Sequence record: PQ826431.1
DNA length: 64,000 nucleotides
Origin: a phage
Direction: 5' to 3' (one strand)
This document shows, one piece after another, positions 49,900-59,031 of this stretch (positions are counted from its first letter, which is position 1; each line of letters starts with the position of its first letter). The notes below the pieces were generated by a model. The model made no database searches. It had not been told where the DNA came from and saw only the letters and a program-made list of their open reading frames with translations. Both the position numbers and the translations under genes were made by a program.

Positions 49900-50847
49900 C
49901 TACAAACTTTCAATAACCTGGCGTCGCAACTCGTTTGCATCTGCCAGATTATAATGTGTTCGAACATGTTCAGCCAAGAACAAGCCACGATCTTCCCGAT
50001 AGTTTGGATTGCGAAGAAGCTTAACAATTTCGTAATGCCATTCTGCTTTATTCTCTGCGTAAGCAACAGCGCGAGCATCTACAGGGTTAAAATAAGGTAA
50101 TACCTTAGAACAAACAATCGGAATACCTTTTGCTCCAGCTTCTAGGATTTTGAGATTACTTTTACAATTATTAAAATCATTATCTACCAAAGGAGCTATA
50201 GCAATAGCATGACTTTCGTAAACACTCATGTAATTATCTAAATCTTTTACAGCGGCTTTATATTTGGCATTTGGTAAATTTCTGCGAATCTTAATCCACT
50301 CTTGTCCCGTGATGCTCTGCGATGCTTCATACCCCGCAATAGTAAGAAGTTCATCATCGAAAGTATTAGAGACTAGTCGTAAATCGGGTTCGTGACTAGC
50401 ACCGCCAGCCCATACAACAGGGGTACCGGATGAACGATCATTTGACAAAGTGAATTGTCCGCTATCAAAAGGAAGTGCATTTCGGATCACAACGACATTT
50501 CTATTTAAGTGACGGATCTTGTATGCCAAGTATTCCGTAGTTACAATAACCACATCAGCAAGCTTAACCATAGCCACAATAGCATGAGTGTTTGACTCGT
50601 ATAGACTCGCTAAGTAATGTTCTGGATTAAGTTGGTAGAAATCATCTAAATCTACAACAACCTTAACACCTTGACGTTTCAAAGATAAAACGTATTCTGC
50701 ACCTTTAGAGTGGATACGGTTAAACACAACAATATCTTTCTTAGGTTGAAAATTATTGTTGTTAAATGGCATAACAATACGATGATAGTCACAACCACTA
50801 TGAGGTTTTGCATCAATTTTTAGTTTAGACCATTTTTTATTTGACAT
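49900..50847 (-). CDS. glycosyltransferase-like protein, paralog 2
   Basis: ORF track 49900-50886; likely start at internal ATG (MSNKKW) preceded by GAGGAGG; shares CDYHR, VVDLDD, LKILEAGAKGIP with paralog 1. Confidence 0.45.
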   Translation of the reverse strand: MSNKKWSKLKIDAKPHSGCDYHRIVMPFNNNNFQPKKDIVVFNRIHSKGAEYVLSLKRQGVKVVVDLDDFYQLNPEHYLASLYESNTHAIVAMVKLADVVIVTTEYLAYKIRHLNRNVVVIRNALPFDSGQFTLSNDRSSGTPVVWAGGASHEPDLRLVSNTFDDELLTIAGYEASQSITGQEWIKIRRNLPNAKYKAAVKDLDNYMSVYESHAIAIAPLVDNDFNNCKSNLKILEAGAKGIPIVCSKVLPYFNPVDARAVAYAENKAEWHYEIVKLLRNPNYREDRGLFLAEHVRTHYNLADANELRRQVIESL

Positions 50848-51520
50848 GTGCCAGTGCCTCCTCATAGGAAATTCGGATTTTCCCATTTTTAATATCCTCT
50901 AAAGATGCTTTATATTCTTCCCAGTTAATCCCGATAGCAGCTTCTTTCTCTTCTTTTGTCAGATTAGCAAAAGGCATAGGGTTGTTTCCAAAAACATCGT
51001 CTGGGTGGATATAAGCCATGATACGAAGTGGACAAGGTGTTGCCTGAATACCATGATTCAAACCAGCAGCTTTCAAACGGTGTCCCCATTCAGCATCTTC
51101 AAAACCATAGCCGTGAGTGTAAGGACGGAAATAACCCATCTTCTCAACAACGGCACGAGAATACATTGCAAATTGACACATTGCAAGTTCCCAGAGAATA
51201 ACTTCTCCTTTGCTTCCAACAACTTTATCTTTGAAATACTCCGGCATACCAAAGAAATCCCATCCTCCAGAGACAGCTTGATCTACAAAGTATGTTTCCC
51301 ATCCCTCCATGACTGGGTAGCAATCGTCGTCAAAAATAAACCAATAATCATAACCTTCTTCATAAAACTGGTGCATAAGTTCATTCCTGGCATAAGCTAC
51401 ACCTTTACGATCTGGATCGTTGAATACTCGAAAATCTGCACGTGGATCTGTTACAAGGTAGTCTTTAAGTGGACGGACACCTACAGTGATAACACCCACT
51501 CCAATTTTAATATTTTCCAT
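50837..51520 (-). CDS. glycosyltransferase (GT-A-like, DxD)
   Basis: FIFDDDCYP acidic motif after hydrophobic strand. Confidence 0.4.
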   Translation of the reverse strand: MENIKIGVGVITVGVRPLKDYLVTDPRADFRVFNDPDRKGVAYARNELMHQFYEEGYDYWFIFDDDCYPVMEGWETYFVDQAVSGGWDFFGMPEYFKDKVVGSKGEVILWELAMCQFAMYSRAVVEKMGYFRPYTHGYGFEDAEWGHRLKAAGLNHGIQATPCPLRIMAYIHPDDVFGNNPMPFANLTKEEKEAAIGINWEEYKASLEDIKNGKIRISYEEALAHVK

Positions 51521-51528
51521 TTTCTCTC

Positions 51529-52092
51529 CTAAATAGTTTTACTGTGATCATGACAGTGTAATAAATGATGTATAGACCGTTGAGGATTTGTTTGACCTAA
51601 TCTGTAAATGTGAAACAGATACATTCCCCGCATCAATCCTAACCTCTTTCCTTTTTCATGTAAAGTGCGAGAGAAAATTAAGTCGAATTGGATAGATTTT
51701 TCTTCGAAAGGAATTTCATTCCACAATGATTTTCTAAAAAGCAAGAAGAAACCTGCCAGAGGTGTTCCGAAAGGAACTTCTTCAACACTCACTTTATGAT
51801 ATTCTCTTGCAATCTTAGCATATTCTATATGGTTTAGAATATCTGGATCATCGTTAATTTGGTTAGAGAAAAGCTGATAACCACTGCCTAACCTGTTACA
51901 AGTTGCACCTATTACATCAAAAGGCGGGTTTGACATAACAAGCTCTTCAAGCATAGATGGTTGATCAGGTAGGAGGAACATTGTATCGGTATCTCTTAAA
52001 CACACCCAACTATCATCTGGAAGAACGGCAATGGCTTCATTGATAGCCTTGCCGATATTTCCTGTCAGATAGGGAGTAATATAATAAATCAT
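51529..52092 (-). CDS. putative glycosyltransferase-like protein
   Basis: LRDTDTMF DxD-like motif. Confidence 0.3.
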   Translation of the reverse strand: MIYYITPYLTGNIGKAINEAIAVLPDDSWVCLRDTDTMFLLPDQPSMLEELVMSNPPFDVIGATCNRLGSGYQLFSNQINDDPDILNHIEYAKIAREYHKVSVEEVPFGTPLAGFFLLFRKSLWNEIPFEEKSIQFDLIFSRTLHEKGKRLGLMRGMYLFHIYRLGQTNPQRSIHHLLHCHDHSKTI

Positions 52093-52108
52093 TCTCCCCT
52101 CCGTTATA

Positions 52109-52300
52109 TTAACTGTCAGCTACAATCCCACGTTTAATCATTTCTTGTTGAATCTGGATCACACGATCTCGTGCTTCCATATATTCTTTAAAAGATTCTT
52201 GGAGATGGTCACGAGCTACATCCCGTAGTTTAATCAGTTTGTCGTTTGTCACTTCTTGAAGAGAGATTTCGCCAGTTTCATTGGTCCCAAGCGTTTTCAT
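52109..52300 (-). CDS. small hypothetical protein
   Basis: 63 aa ORF. Confidence 0.25.
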   Translation of the reverse strand: MKTLGTNETGEISLQEVTNDKLIKLRDVARDHLQESFKEYMEARDRVIQIQQEMIKRGIVADS

Positions 52301-52556
52301 TTACAACCTCCTTAATAGCTACTGCACAGTTCTTACAAATACATTGACCTTTGTTCTTAGAAATTTCAATGTAAGGTTCATTTTCGTTTTCTCCGCGTCG
52401 TGAGTCGTATATTACTGTATTGAAGCAGACAACGCAAATGTTTTTAATAACGACATATTTTTGCACTTTCTGTTTAGTGCGAAAATTGACTTCAATGACT
52501 TCTCCCATCAATGAATCTCCCCTAAAATGTTGTTTTGAGACATTACTGCGGAGCAT
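52278..52556 (-). CDS. small zinc-ribbon protein
   Basis: CVVC ... CICKNC. Confidence 0.3.
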   Translation of the reverse strand: MLRSNVSKQHFRGDSLMGEVIEVNFRTKQKVQKYVVIKNICVVCFNTVIYDSRRGENENEPYIEISKNKGQCICKNCAVAIKEVVNENAWDQ

Positions 52557-52792
52557 TCTACAGCATCATGAGTCCTTGCAAAACGCTCCCACAACACAGC
52601 ATCTACTTTAAGAACCATACAAGGATAAATACTGTCGTTGATCATATCAATGCTATATTTATCTACATCCTTTTCATCTTCCATAAACAAAGTAGCGTAT
52701 GCTTCCAAATGCTTACGGGTGTAGTATACGTCCTCTTCGGTAAGACCGACAACCAGGTAACTTGCTACAACAACAGTATTATCTTCTTGCAT
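52508..52792 (-). CDS. hypothetical protein
   Basis: ORF track 52508-52855; likely start at internal ATG after GGGGAG RBS. Confidence 0.3.
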   Translation of the reverse strand: MQEDNTVVVASYLVVGLTEEDVYYTRKHLEAYATLFMEDEKDVDKYSIDMINDSIYPCMVLKVDAVLWERFARTHDAVECSAVMSQNNILGEIH

Positions 52793-52793
52793 T

Positions 52794-53315
52794 TTAACTC
52801 CCCTTTGGTAGATAGAAACCATGCACTTTATCTCGATAAACAAGACGCATATCACGTTCCCAGTGTGTCCTTATATTCCGTTTCTTGAAGTATAGAGCAC
52901 CTTTAGTAACATCTAAAACAGACCGCAATTCAGGAAAATGTTTCTCTAAATAAAGTAAACGCTCCGCTATTGCTTTTGCTTCCTGCCACTTATCTTTCTC
53001 TGTTACGTTAAAAGTTTTCGCATATGAGAATTGTCCTTTCTGGAACAAGACTCCTCTGACTGTGTTAGGGAAGTAGGTATCATTTCTTCTGTTGATTACC
53101 ACATTCCCAACGGCATTCATTCCTTTTTTACCCAGACCGCGACCTTCTGCGTAAATTGCACAAGCTAATAGAATTTTATCATTATATTGCTTTGTACATT
53201 TGTGAACTACTTTAGCGGTTTTTACGTTTGCAGCTTCGGCTTTCGCCACAACAGGTGTAAATGTAAAAGCAGTTAAGGATAGTAACGCAACTGTTACAAA
53301 GTTTTTTATCAGCAA
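52794..53315 (-). CDS. secreted cell-wall hydrolase, SleB/CwlJ-like (putative endolysin)
   Basis: Signal peptide ending AKA-EAA; motif CAIYAEGRGLGKKGMNAVGNVVINRRN...VLFQKGQFS; TTG start with AAGGAGG RBS. Confidence 0.55.
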   Translation of the reverse strand: MLIKNFVTVALLSLTAFTFTPVVAKAEAANVKTAKVVHKCTKQYNDKILLACAIYAEGRGLGKKGMNAVGNVVINRRNDTYFPNTVRGVLFQKGQFSYAKTFNVTEKDKWQEAKAIAERLLYLEKHFPELRSVLDVTKGALYFKKRNIRTHWERDMRLVYRDKVHGFYLPKGS

Positions 53316-53347
53316 ATTTTGCCTCCTTTTTAAGTTAACGAATTTCT

Positions 53348-53376
53348 AGTATAACACGATAGAGGCTTTATTGCAA
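53348..53376 (-). promoter_or_regulatory. putative promoter for hydrolase gene (reads on - strand)
   Basis: TTGCAA, 17 nt spacer, TATACT on - strand. Confidence 0.4.
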
Positions 53377-53396
53377 GAGGGGGATTTCTCCCCCTC
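53377..53396. other. G-rich palindromic hairpin GAGGGGGA-TTTC-TCCCCCTC
   Basis: Perfect 8 bp stem; near-identical copy at about 33738-33756. Confidence 0.5.
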
Positions 53397-53414
53397 AAAA
53401 TCATTTGTTAATTA

Positions 53415-54017
53415 TTATGGACATTCATACCATTCTTTTTTACCACCGAAGGCCATCACCACATCACAAATATCCAGACCAGCTTTACCTACACCATATG
53501 CTTTCAGCTTCCATTCCCCATCTTCACGAACCAAGGAAGCCACGTGGCAGATTGTGTTGCCAGCTACTTCAGGAGCCAGGAAGTCAAAATCCAGAATTTC
53601 CACATTGCGCTCGGAGTCGAAGATTTTAAGCATACCTTCAGAAGCATGACCAAAACGTTTCAGACCTGTATCATCATCAATGGTCAGAACAAAGGCAATC
53701 TCTTGTGCATCAGGAGAGATTTTAGCCAGAGTAATATCAATCTGCTCCATGCTGCCAGTTCCATCACGAACATCGTCACCAGCGAAGGTAGAACGTTCAG
53801 GATCAAACTTGTTAGCATAGCAAACCAGATGACGTGCAGACAGCATTTCAGGATTACCAGCGGCATTGTGACGACAAACCAGTGCACTTACATCCAGATC
53901 CAGTTTAGAATCAGATTTCCAAGAGAATTCCAGGCGCAGTTCTTTCAGAGCCGGAGCAACTTTCTTCAGGGAAATTTTTTCGCTAGAGCCTTTTTTCAGG
54001 GAAATTTTATCAGTCAT
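53415..54017 (-). CDS. terD: TerD-family stress protein
   Basis: N-terminal KISLKKG, DLDVSAL, EIAFVLTIDD, GEWKLKAYGVGKAGL match canonical TerD blocks (compared with E. coli TerD from memory). Confidence 0.8.
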   Translation of the reverse strand: MTDKISLKKGSSEKISLKKVAPALKELRLEFSWKSDSKLDLDVSALVCRHNAAGNPEMLSARHLVCYANKFDPERSTFAGDDVRDGTGSMEQIDITLAKISPDAQEIAFVLTIDDDTGLKRFGHASEGMLKIFDSERNVEILDFDFLAPEVAGNTICHVASLVREDGEWKLKAYGVGKAGLDICDVVMAFGGKKEWYECP

Positions 54018-54032
54018 CTTTTGTCTCCTCTA

Positions 54033-54302
54033 TTATTTAAGTGTAATACCAGTTACAGTCAATTCTACTTCCAAAAGCTTAGATGTGTTTTGGATTGATA
54101 CTAATTGTGCATGATGGTTTAGTTCTACAGCAGAATAATCATTTTCCCCATCATCTACTTTTAAATAAACAATGATTTCACTAAGGTCTAAACCATTTTC
54201 GTCAAATGCATTTTCATAGACGAAAGTATCTCCTACATCCAAATCTTTAATGGTAAGGCATCGTTTATTTACTTTTTGCTCATCAATTTCGAAGTTTAAC
54301 AC
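54033..54302 (-). CDS. small protein, paralog B of a phage-specific pair
   Basis: Shares DLDVGDTF ... ELTVTGITLK with the 55324-55602 product. Confidence 0.4.
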   Translation of the reverse strand: MLNFEIDEQKVNKRCLTIKDLDVGDTFVYENAFDENGLDLSEIIVYLKVDDGENDYSAVELNHHAQLVSIQNTSKLLEVELTVTGITLK

Positions 54303-54531
54303 TTCTTCCTCCTAATGTTATCTCCGGTTTGTATATACGAAGAATTATAGCATTTTCATTTTCTTTGTCAACCCATTCTTCATAATCGGGCCATACATGA
54401 ATCTCCACTCTACTTACAATATCTTCCATTCGCACAGTCCCAATGAAATACTCTTTGAGACTGCGCATAATGAAAGCTTCTCTCTCGCGCCAATAATTTT
54501 CTATGACTTGAGAGGCAAGCTCGTCGATCAT
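54283..54531 (-). CDS. hypothetical protein
   Basis: 82 aa ORF. Confidence 0.3.
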   Translation of the reverse strand: MIDELASQVIENYWREREAFIMRSLKEYFIGTVRMEDIVSRVEIHVWPDYEEWVDKENENAIILRIYKPEITLGGRSVKLRN

Positions 54532-55322
54532 TTTTTAGCACCTACTTTAACAACCCACTCTCCGAACTCTTCAGATAAGAGTTTGTCATAAAGCTCTGAA
54601 TCTGTCAAGTCTAAATCTTTAATGCCAATAAAACCAACATTATCATAAGCATTTGCCAGTTCTTTCAGGAACCCAAACTTCTCATTACCAACGCCAACCA
54701 TGAACCAATAAATAGGTTTATTCTTATTCTCTTCAATAAGACGACGAACAGCACTAGGATCACCATTCTCACCATCCGTCTGGAAGAATACAACACCAGG
54801 GGTAACGTCAGCACCTGGTTCAGATACAGCTACAACTTTTTCACGCTCTACAGACACTGTTTCAGTTTTACCAAGCAGACGATTAAAGAAGCCTTTCTTT
54901 GGAGCCTCCTCTTGTACCACTTGTTTAGTGGTAATATATTTGGTAACAGTGCCAAAATACTCATCGTAGATATCTGCCATTACAGGGGCGTAATTTGTTC
55001 CACCTCCGATACGAACATTACGCATACATTTACCAACATAGTCATCGTAAACGTCTGCTGTTGCTGGAGTAAGCTCTTGGGAACTCGTATTGAAGGCCCA
55101 CATATCAATTTGTTGATTATCGTCGAACAGCATACCAAAAGGAAGCAGTTTACCTACAAAATCACTCACTACCCCACTAGAATATAGACCATGCATACTA
55201 CCAGAAATATCTAGAGCACATGCTACACGAAGAACAATCTTACCTTCATTCAGGTTCTTATTCTTTTTCAGAGAGAAAGCAAGGTTTTCTTGACGTTTTT
55301 TCAGGCTGATTTTCTCGGACAT
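54528..55322 (-). CDS. vWA-domain protein, TerF C-terminal-like
   Basis: MIDAS motif ALDISGSMHG; N-terminus KISLKK like TerD. Confidence 0.6.
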   Translation of the reverse strand: MSEKISLKKRQENLAFSLKKNKNLNEGKIVLRVACALDISGSMHGLYSSGVVSDFVGKLLPFGMLFDDNQQIDMWAFNTSSQELTPATADVYDDYVGKCMRNVRIGGGTNYAPVMADIYDEYFGTVTKYITTKQVVQEEAPKKGFFNRLLGKTETVSVEREKVVAVSEPGADVTPGVVFFQTDGENGDPSAVRRLIEENKNKPIYWFMVGVGNEKFGFLKELANAYDNVGFIGIKDLDLTDSELYDKLLSEEFGEWVVKVGAKK

Positions 55323-55323
55323 A

Positions 55324-55602
55324 TTATTTCTCCTTCTTAAGTGTAATATTGGTAACTTCTAAATCTACTTCCACCATATTTGTATCTGGTGGGATGCAAT
55401 GAGTATAGCCTCGTTGTGCTAGTGATCCATTAATACAAATCGCACTGTTTGTGGAATTTTTAATGAACACCAAGTTACGGTAGGTATCCAACCCTGCGTC
55501 TTCATAGGCATCATAATACATGAATGTGGCCCCTACGTCAAGATCTTCGAAAGCAATAGGTAAATCCTGACTTTTTTCTTCTTGAATATTGAATCTAAAC
55601 AC
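55324..55602 (-). CDS. small protein, paralog A of a phage-specific pair
   Basis: ORF track 55324-55668; likely GTG start after GAGGAGG; DLDVGATF ... LEVTNITLKKEK. Confidence 0.4.
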   Translation of the reverse strand: MFRFNIQEEKSQDLPIAFEDLDVGATFMYYDAYEDAGLDTYRNLVFIKNSTNSAICINGSLAQRGYTHCIPPDTNMVEVDLEVTNITLKKEK

Positions 55603-56158
55603 GCATACCTCCTCTACCAATTTTGAAGCCCAAATCGTAAGCTTCCTTAGTGATCTTTTGTAACTCACTTATAGGAAGTGTTACAAGAGGATCATCTTCT
55701 TCAATTTCCATCTTGTCATCTTCTGTTTCAATGAGAGTATTATGCACTTTGTGATAAGGGTTGTCAACACGTTTAAACTTATTCTTTTCTGTGCTGAAAA
55801 AACAATCTGGATCTTCTTCACCATCACCCCAACCTTGGTTAGGATCTCCGTCAGATTGTTCTGTAGGGATTTCACCTGTAAAGTACTCTTCCAGCACCAT
55901 AGCAATACCGTCCCTTGGATTTGAGGAATGCATTAAATCACAAACCTTACCCCAATCCATAGCCCATTCGAACCGTTCACGAACGCCATTTTCATCCTCC
56001 TTTCCAGAGAAAACACAACCATAACTATCATAGTTGCCATACATCTCTTCAATAACAACACCGTCCTTCAAAAGAAAGAGGTAGCAAGGTGATCCGTCGA
56101 AAGAAGTAGAAAGGGCAGCTTTGCCCGATTCTTTGCACAAAAAGCTAAAACAACCCAT
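55595..56158 (-). CDS. hypothetical acidic protein
   Basis: 187 aa ORF. Confidence 0.3.
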   Translation of the reverse strand: MGCFSFLCKESGKAALSTSFDGSPCYLFLLKDGVVIEEMYGNYDSYGCVFSGKEDENGVRERFEWAMDWGKVCDLMHSSNPRDGIAMVLEEYFTGEIPTEQSDGDPNQGWGDGEEDPDCFFSTEKNKFKRVDNPYHKVHNTLIETEDDKMEIEEDDPLVTLPISELQKITKEAYDLGFKIGRGGMRV

Positions 56159-56361
56159 TACAAACCCTCCTTCAGATTATCAAGAGCTACAGTGGTTTCA
56201 CAAGAGTCTCCATAAGTTTTATGATGTTCCAGAAAAGCTTCGGGTCCACCCCAGTCATTATCTTGTGTATTCCAGCCATCAATAAAAGCATCTTCAATGA
56301 TTGTGATCAGTTCTTGTCGGGTTAACTGGATAATATTAGGATCGTTATCGTAGTTAAACAT
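56158..56361 (-). CDS. small hypothetical protein
   Basis: 67 aa ORF. Confidence 0.25.
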   Translation of the reverse strand: MFNYDNDPNIIQLTRQELITIIEDAFIDGWNTQDNDWGGPEAFLEHHKTYGDSCETTVALDNLKEGL

Positions 56362-56527
56362 CTTCTTCCTCCTCTAAAATATGGAACCCGTAATTACAAT
56401 AATCCTGAAAGGTTTCGTGCGCAAGATCTTCTATATCCTCTTGAGACATATCATCTTCAATTTCGATATCCACAACCTCATTGCATCCACACCAAGCAGT
56501 TTCAATATTCACTCGTAATGTTTTCAT
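56354..56527 (-). CDS. small Cys-containing protein (57 aa, not in ORF track)
   Basis: ATG overlapping upstream stop (TAATG). Confidence 0.25.
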   Translation of the reverse strand: MKTLRVNIETAWCGCNEVVDIEIEDDMSQEDIEDLAHETFQDYCNYGFHILEEEEDV

Positions 56528-56724
56528 TACTCCTCCTCCTCATTGAAGTCAATATCTGCAAGGAGTTCGAATTTACGGAAGTTACGACAACCTTCATAAA
56601 TATAACAATCACGACAAACTGCTAGAACACTTGCGGGATATATACCTCCCATCGGTGCGAATCGTTTTTCGTCATCATAACGGACACCAATGTCTTCATC
56701 AATTATATAGATACGGATTCTCAT
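56527..56724 (-). CDS. small hypothetical protein
   Basis: 65 aa ORF, CRDC...GC. Confidence 0.25.
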   Translation of the reverse strand: MRIRIYIIDEDIGVRYDDEKRFAPMGGIYPASVLAVCRDCYIYEGCRNFRKFELLADIDFNEEEE

Positions 56725-57833
56725 TTACCAAGCCCTCGTTTCACAGCAGCTACCATCCCGTCTTCCAGAGATTGAACTTCATTAATATAATCAACACGAG
56801 CAGCACGGGCTTCCGTATTGATGCGGTTAGTTTCTTCCAACATCTTAACCAAGTTTTCCTGATCGTGACGCAGAGTTTCAATATCCAACACTTGACGGTT
56901 AGCCAGTGCTGCTGCTTCGATCTGATTCTGTGTGGCAAGATCGCTACCCAGTTTAATTGCCAGGTTAAATTCATCAAGAACGTTATTCTGCGTCTCTGCT
57001 GCTTTCATTTGACGTAAGCTCTCGATATACATTGAGAAGTTAGCAGAGTAAGCAGGAATAACATTATTTACTATGTTACGCGCAGATCGCATTAAGCTTG
57101 CAGAAACTTTTTGCATACCTTGTACACGCGGTCCCATTTGGACACACAGTAGGCGCAATGCTTTTAAATCTGCAATACGAATCTCCAGAAGATCCAAAGT
57201 ATCTCGGATCACTTGTCGCTGTTCTACTGCATCTTCTGGAAGAGCAGCCAAAGCTTGTTCTTCTTTTTCATAGGTTGCTGTTAGAAGCTGCATATCTCGG
57301 TTCAAACTTGCAGCATATTGTCCAATAGCTTGATGCAGCTTTTCAAGATATACCAAGGAATCTTCTTCTTTGCGAATATCCATTTGAAGGTTCTTTACCA
57401 ACTCTTCAATACGGTTATTAACATTATCAAACTCCCCGAACAGGTCTTCTTTCATACCCATAACTTTTTTAATGAGTTTAGTAATACCCTTGCTTTGTTT
57501 AATAGAGTTTGGATCAAGTTGTTTTGCCTGTTTAATCAAAGCTGTGAGTCGTTCACTCATCTGATCGCCTTGATTACTACGTTGATGTTTTAACACCTCG
57601 GCATTCAAGGAACGCAAGGTTGTTCCTGCCTCTGCCCCAATCTCTTCAATCTCTTGTCGGGTCATAGAAGGCAAAACTGGAACTTCTTGCGGTGCCGCTG
57701 GTGCATAAACAGGACTGGCATCTAACACGCTTGGAGCGAATACAGATTTACTTGCATCTGTTGTTGCAGCGAATACACTCATTTCAGACTTCTTCTGACC
57801 ACCAGTAGCTGCTTTTAAAAATGGACTTGTCAT
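56721..57833 (-). CDS. telA: TelA-like toxic-anion-resistance family protein
   Basis: 370 aa, all-helical, acidic; call rests mainly on size, composition and the TerD/TerC/vWA neighbourhood. Confidence 0.4.
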   Translation of the reverse strand: MTSPFLKAATGGQKKSEMSVFAATTDASKSVFAPSVLDASPVYAPAAPQEVPVLPSMTRQEIEEIGAEAGTTLRSLNAEVLKHQRSNQGDQMSERLTALIKQAKQLDPNSIKQSKGITKLIKKVMGMKEDLFGEFDNVNNRIEELVKNLQMDIRKEEDSLVYLEKLHQAIGQYAASLNRDMQLLTATYEKEEQALAALPEDAVEQRQVIRDTLDLLEIRIADLKALRLLCVQMGPRVQGMQKVSASLMRSARNIVNNVIPAYSANFSMYIESLRQMKAAETQNNVLDEFNLAIKLGSDLATQNQIEAAALANRQVLDIETLRHDQENLVKMLEETNRINTEARAARVDYINEVQSLEDGMVAAVKRGLGK

Positions 57834-58420
57834 TCTTCATTCTCCTCTTCTGCATCTCTTATATATGGTGAAACACCGTACTCTTTAGCTACTTTAACCC
57901 AATCATCCCATTTATACAACCATAATTTTCCTTCAGTTCCTTCTTTATCTGATTTCAACCACATGTTAGGTTGCTTGCCTGGGTACATGCGATTAGGTTT
58001 ACGATTATAACCTCTAACACATCTTGTCGCAAACCTATCTACCAGAACAAGAACATATTTATATTCGTGGTTCAACGGCTCTTTGGAAGTGGCTTTAGGA
58101 TTAGCCCCTAACTCTGCTGCCAGTTTTTGCCAATGAGCACCGTGTCTACTAAACTTACCCATACAACCATCAATAGCATGAGCAATTTCGTGCTTCATTG
58201 TATCCACGATCATATCTCTTGTGGAGTTCTTATGCAAGTGCCAATTTACAACAACAATTTTATCTCGGTAGTTGCACCAACCGAAAGAGTTATTCACTTT
58301 GTTTCTAACACAAGCTTTATATCCTGCTTCACGTAACATGTTGTAGTAAACAGGAAAATCTTCTTTTATTTCCTGCATCACTTCCCACCACAAGAGTTGC
58401 AAGTCTCTCTCGGTATGCAT
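57830..58420 (-). CDS. SprT-like zinc metalloprotease domain protein
   Basis: HEIAH zinc-binding motif followed by HGAHW. Confidence 0.5.
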   Translation of the reverse strand: MHTERDLQLLWWEVMQEIKEDFPVYYNMLREAGYKACVRNKVNNSFGWCNYRDKIVVVNWHLHKNSTRDMIVDTMKHEIAHAIDGCMGKFSRHGAHWQKLAAELGANPKATSKEPLNHEYKYVLVLVDRFATRCVRGYNRKPNRMYPGKQPNMWLKSDKEGTEGKLWLYKWDDWVKVAKEYGVSPYIRDAEEENEE

Positions 58421-58423
58421 AAC

Positions 58424-59017
58424 TTACACCTTAAAAGCGAAATGCGTGGTCGTGGCTTCAAAATCAGGGCCAGATAAACTTGCACTGAAATCTGAAATAT
58501 TTGTAATTAAAAAGCTTTTATGCATACCTAACACAGCCACGCTTTCAATATCTTCTACTAACATTTCAATCATGTTAGAAACATGGCTGAACGTATAGTT
58601 TTGTTTTTTGATGGTGTAGAAAGAAAGACTCCCACCTGCTGTATAAGATACCTCTTCAAAATCTTTAATCGTATATTGTGTGCCATCAGTAAAGAAAATG
58701 GTAGCTTTATTAGTAGCACGTTTCTTGTTTTTTGGTCCTTTTTTACGTTTACTGCGAGTAGGCAAACCGTTTGGAAATACTGTAGCTACAAATTCTTCAG
58801 GAGAAACCTCCTTACCGAAATCATAACCGTAAGAAACAGCGTCTATAAACTCGTCGTCTTCATTTTTAAAATAATGAAAATAGGGCCAATTTGAGAGATT
58901 ATCGAGCATCTTATGCTCATCCACAGCAGAGAACGTATCCCTCAAAGCACGTGTGATTTGCAAAGCATTAGGCAAACTTTTAACACCTGTAATGGAAGTA
59001 CGAATAGAAATTGTCAT
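58424..59017 (-). CDS. hypothetical protein
   Basis: 197 aa ORF. Confidence 0.3.
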   Translation of the reverse strand: MTISIRTSITGVKSLPNALQITRALRDTFSAVDEHKMLDNLSNWPYFHYFKNEDDEFIDAVSYGYDFGKEVSPEEFVATVFPNGLPTRSKRKKGPKNKKRATNKATIFFTDGTQYTIKDFEEVSYTAGGSLSFYTIKKQNYTFSHVSNMIEMLVEDIESVAVLGMHKSFLITNISDFSASLSGPDFEATTTHFAFKV

Positions 59018-59031
59018 TGTTTTTCTCCTTA

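Noticed and set aside
53544-54098. 184 aa + strand ORF across the TerD gene
   Set aside because: Antisense to TerD, which matches the family closely; no RBS.
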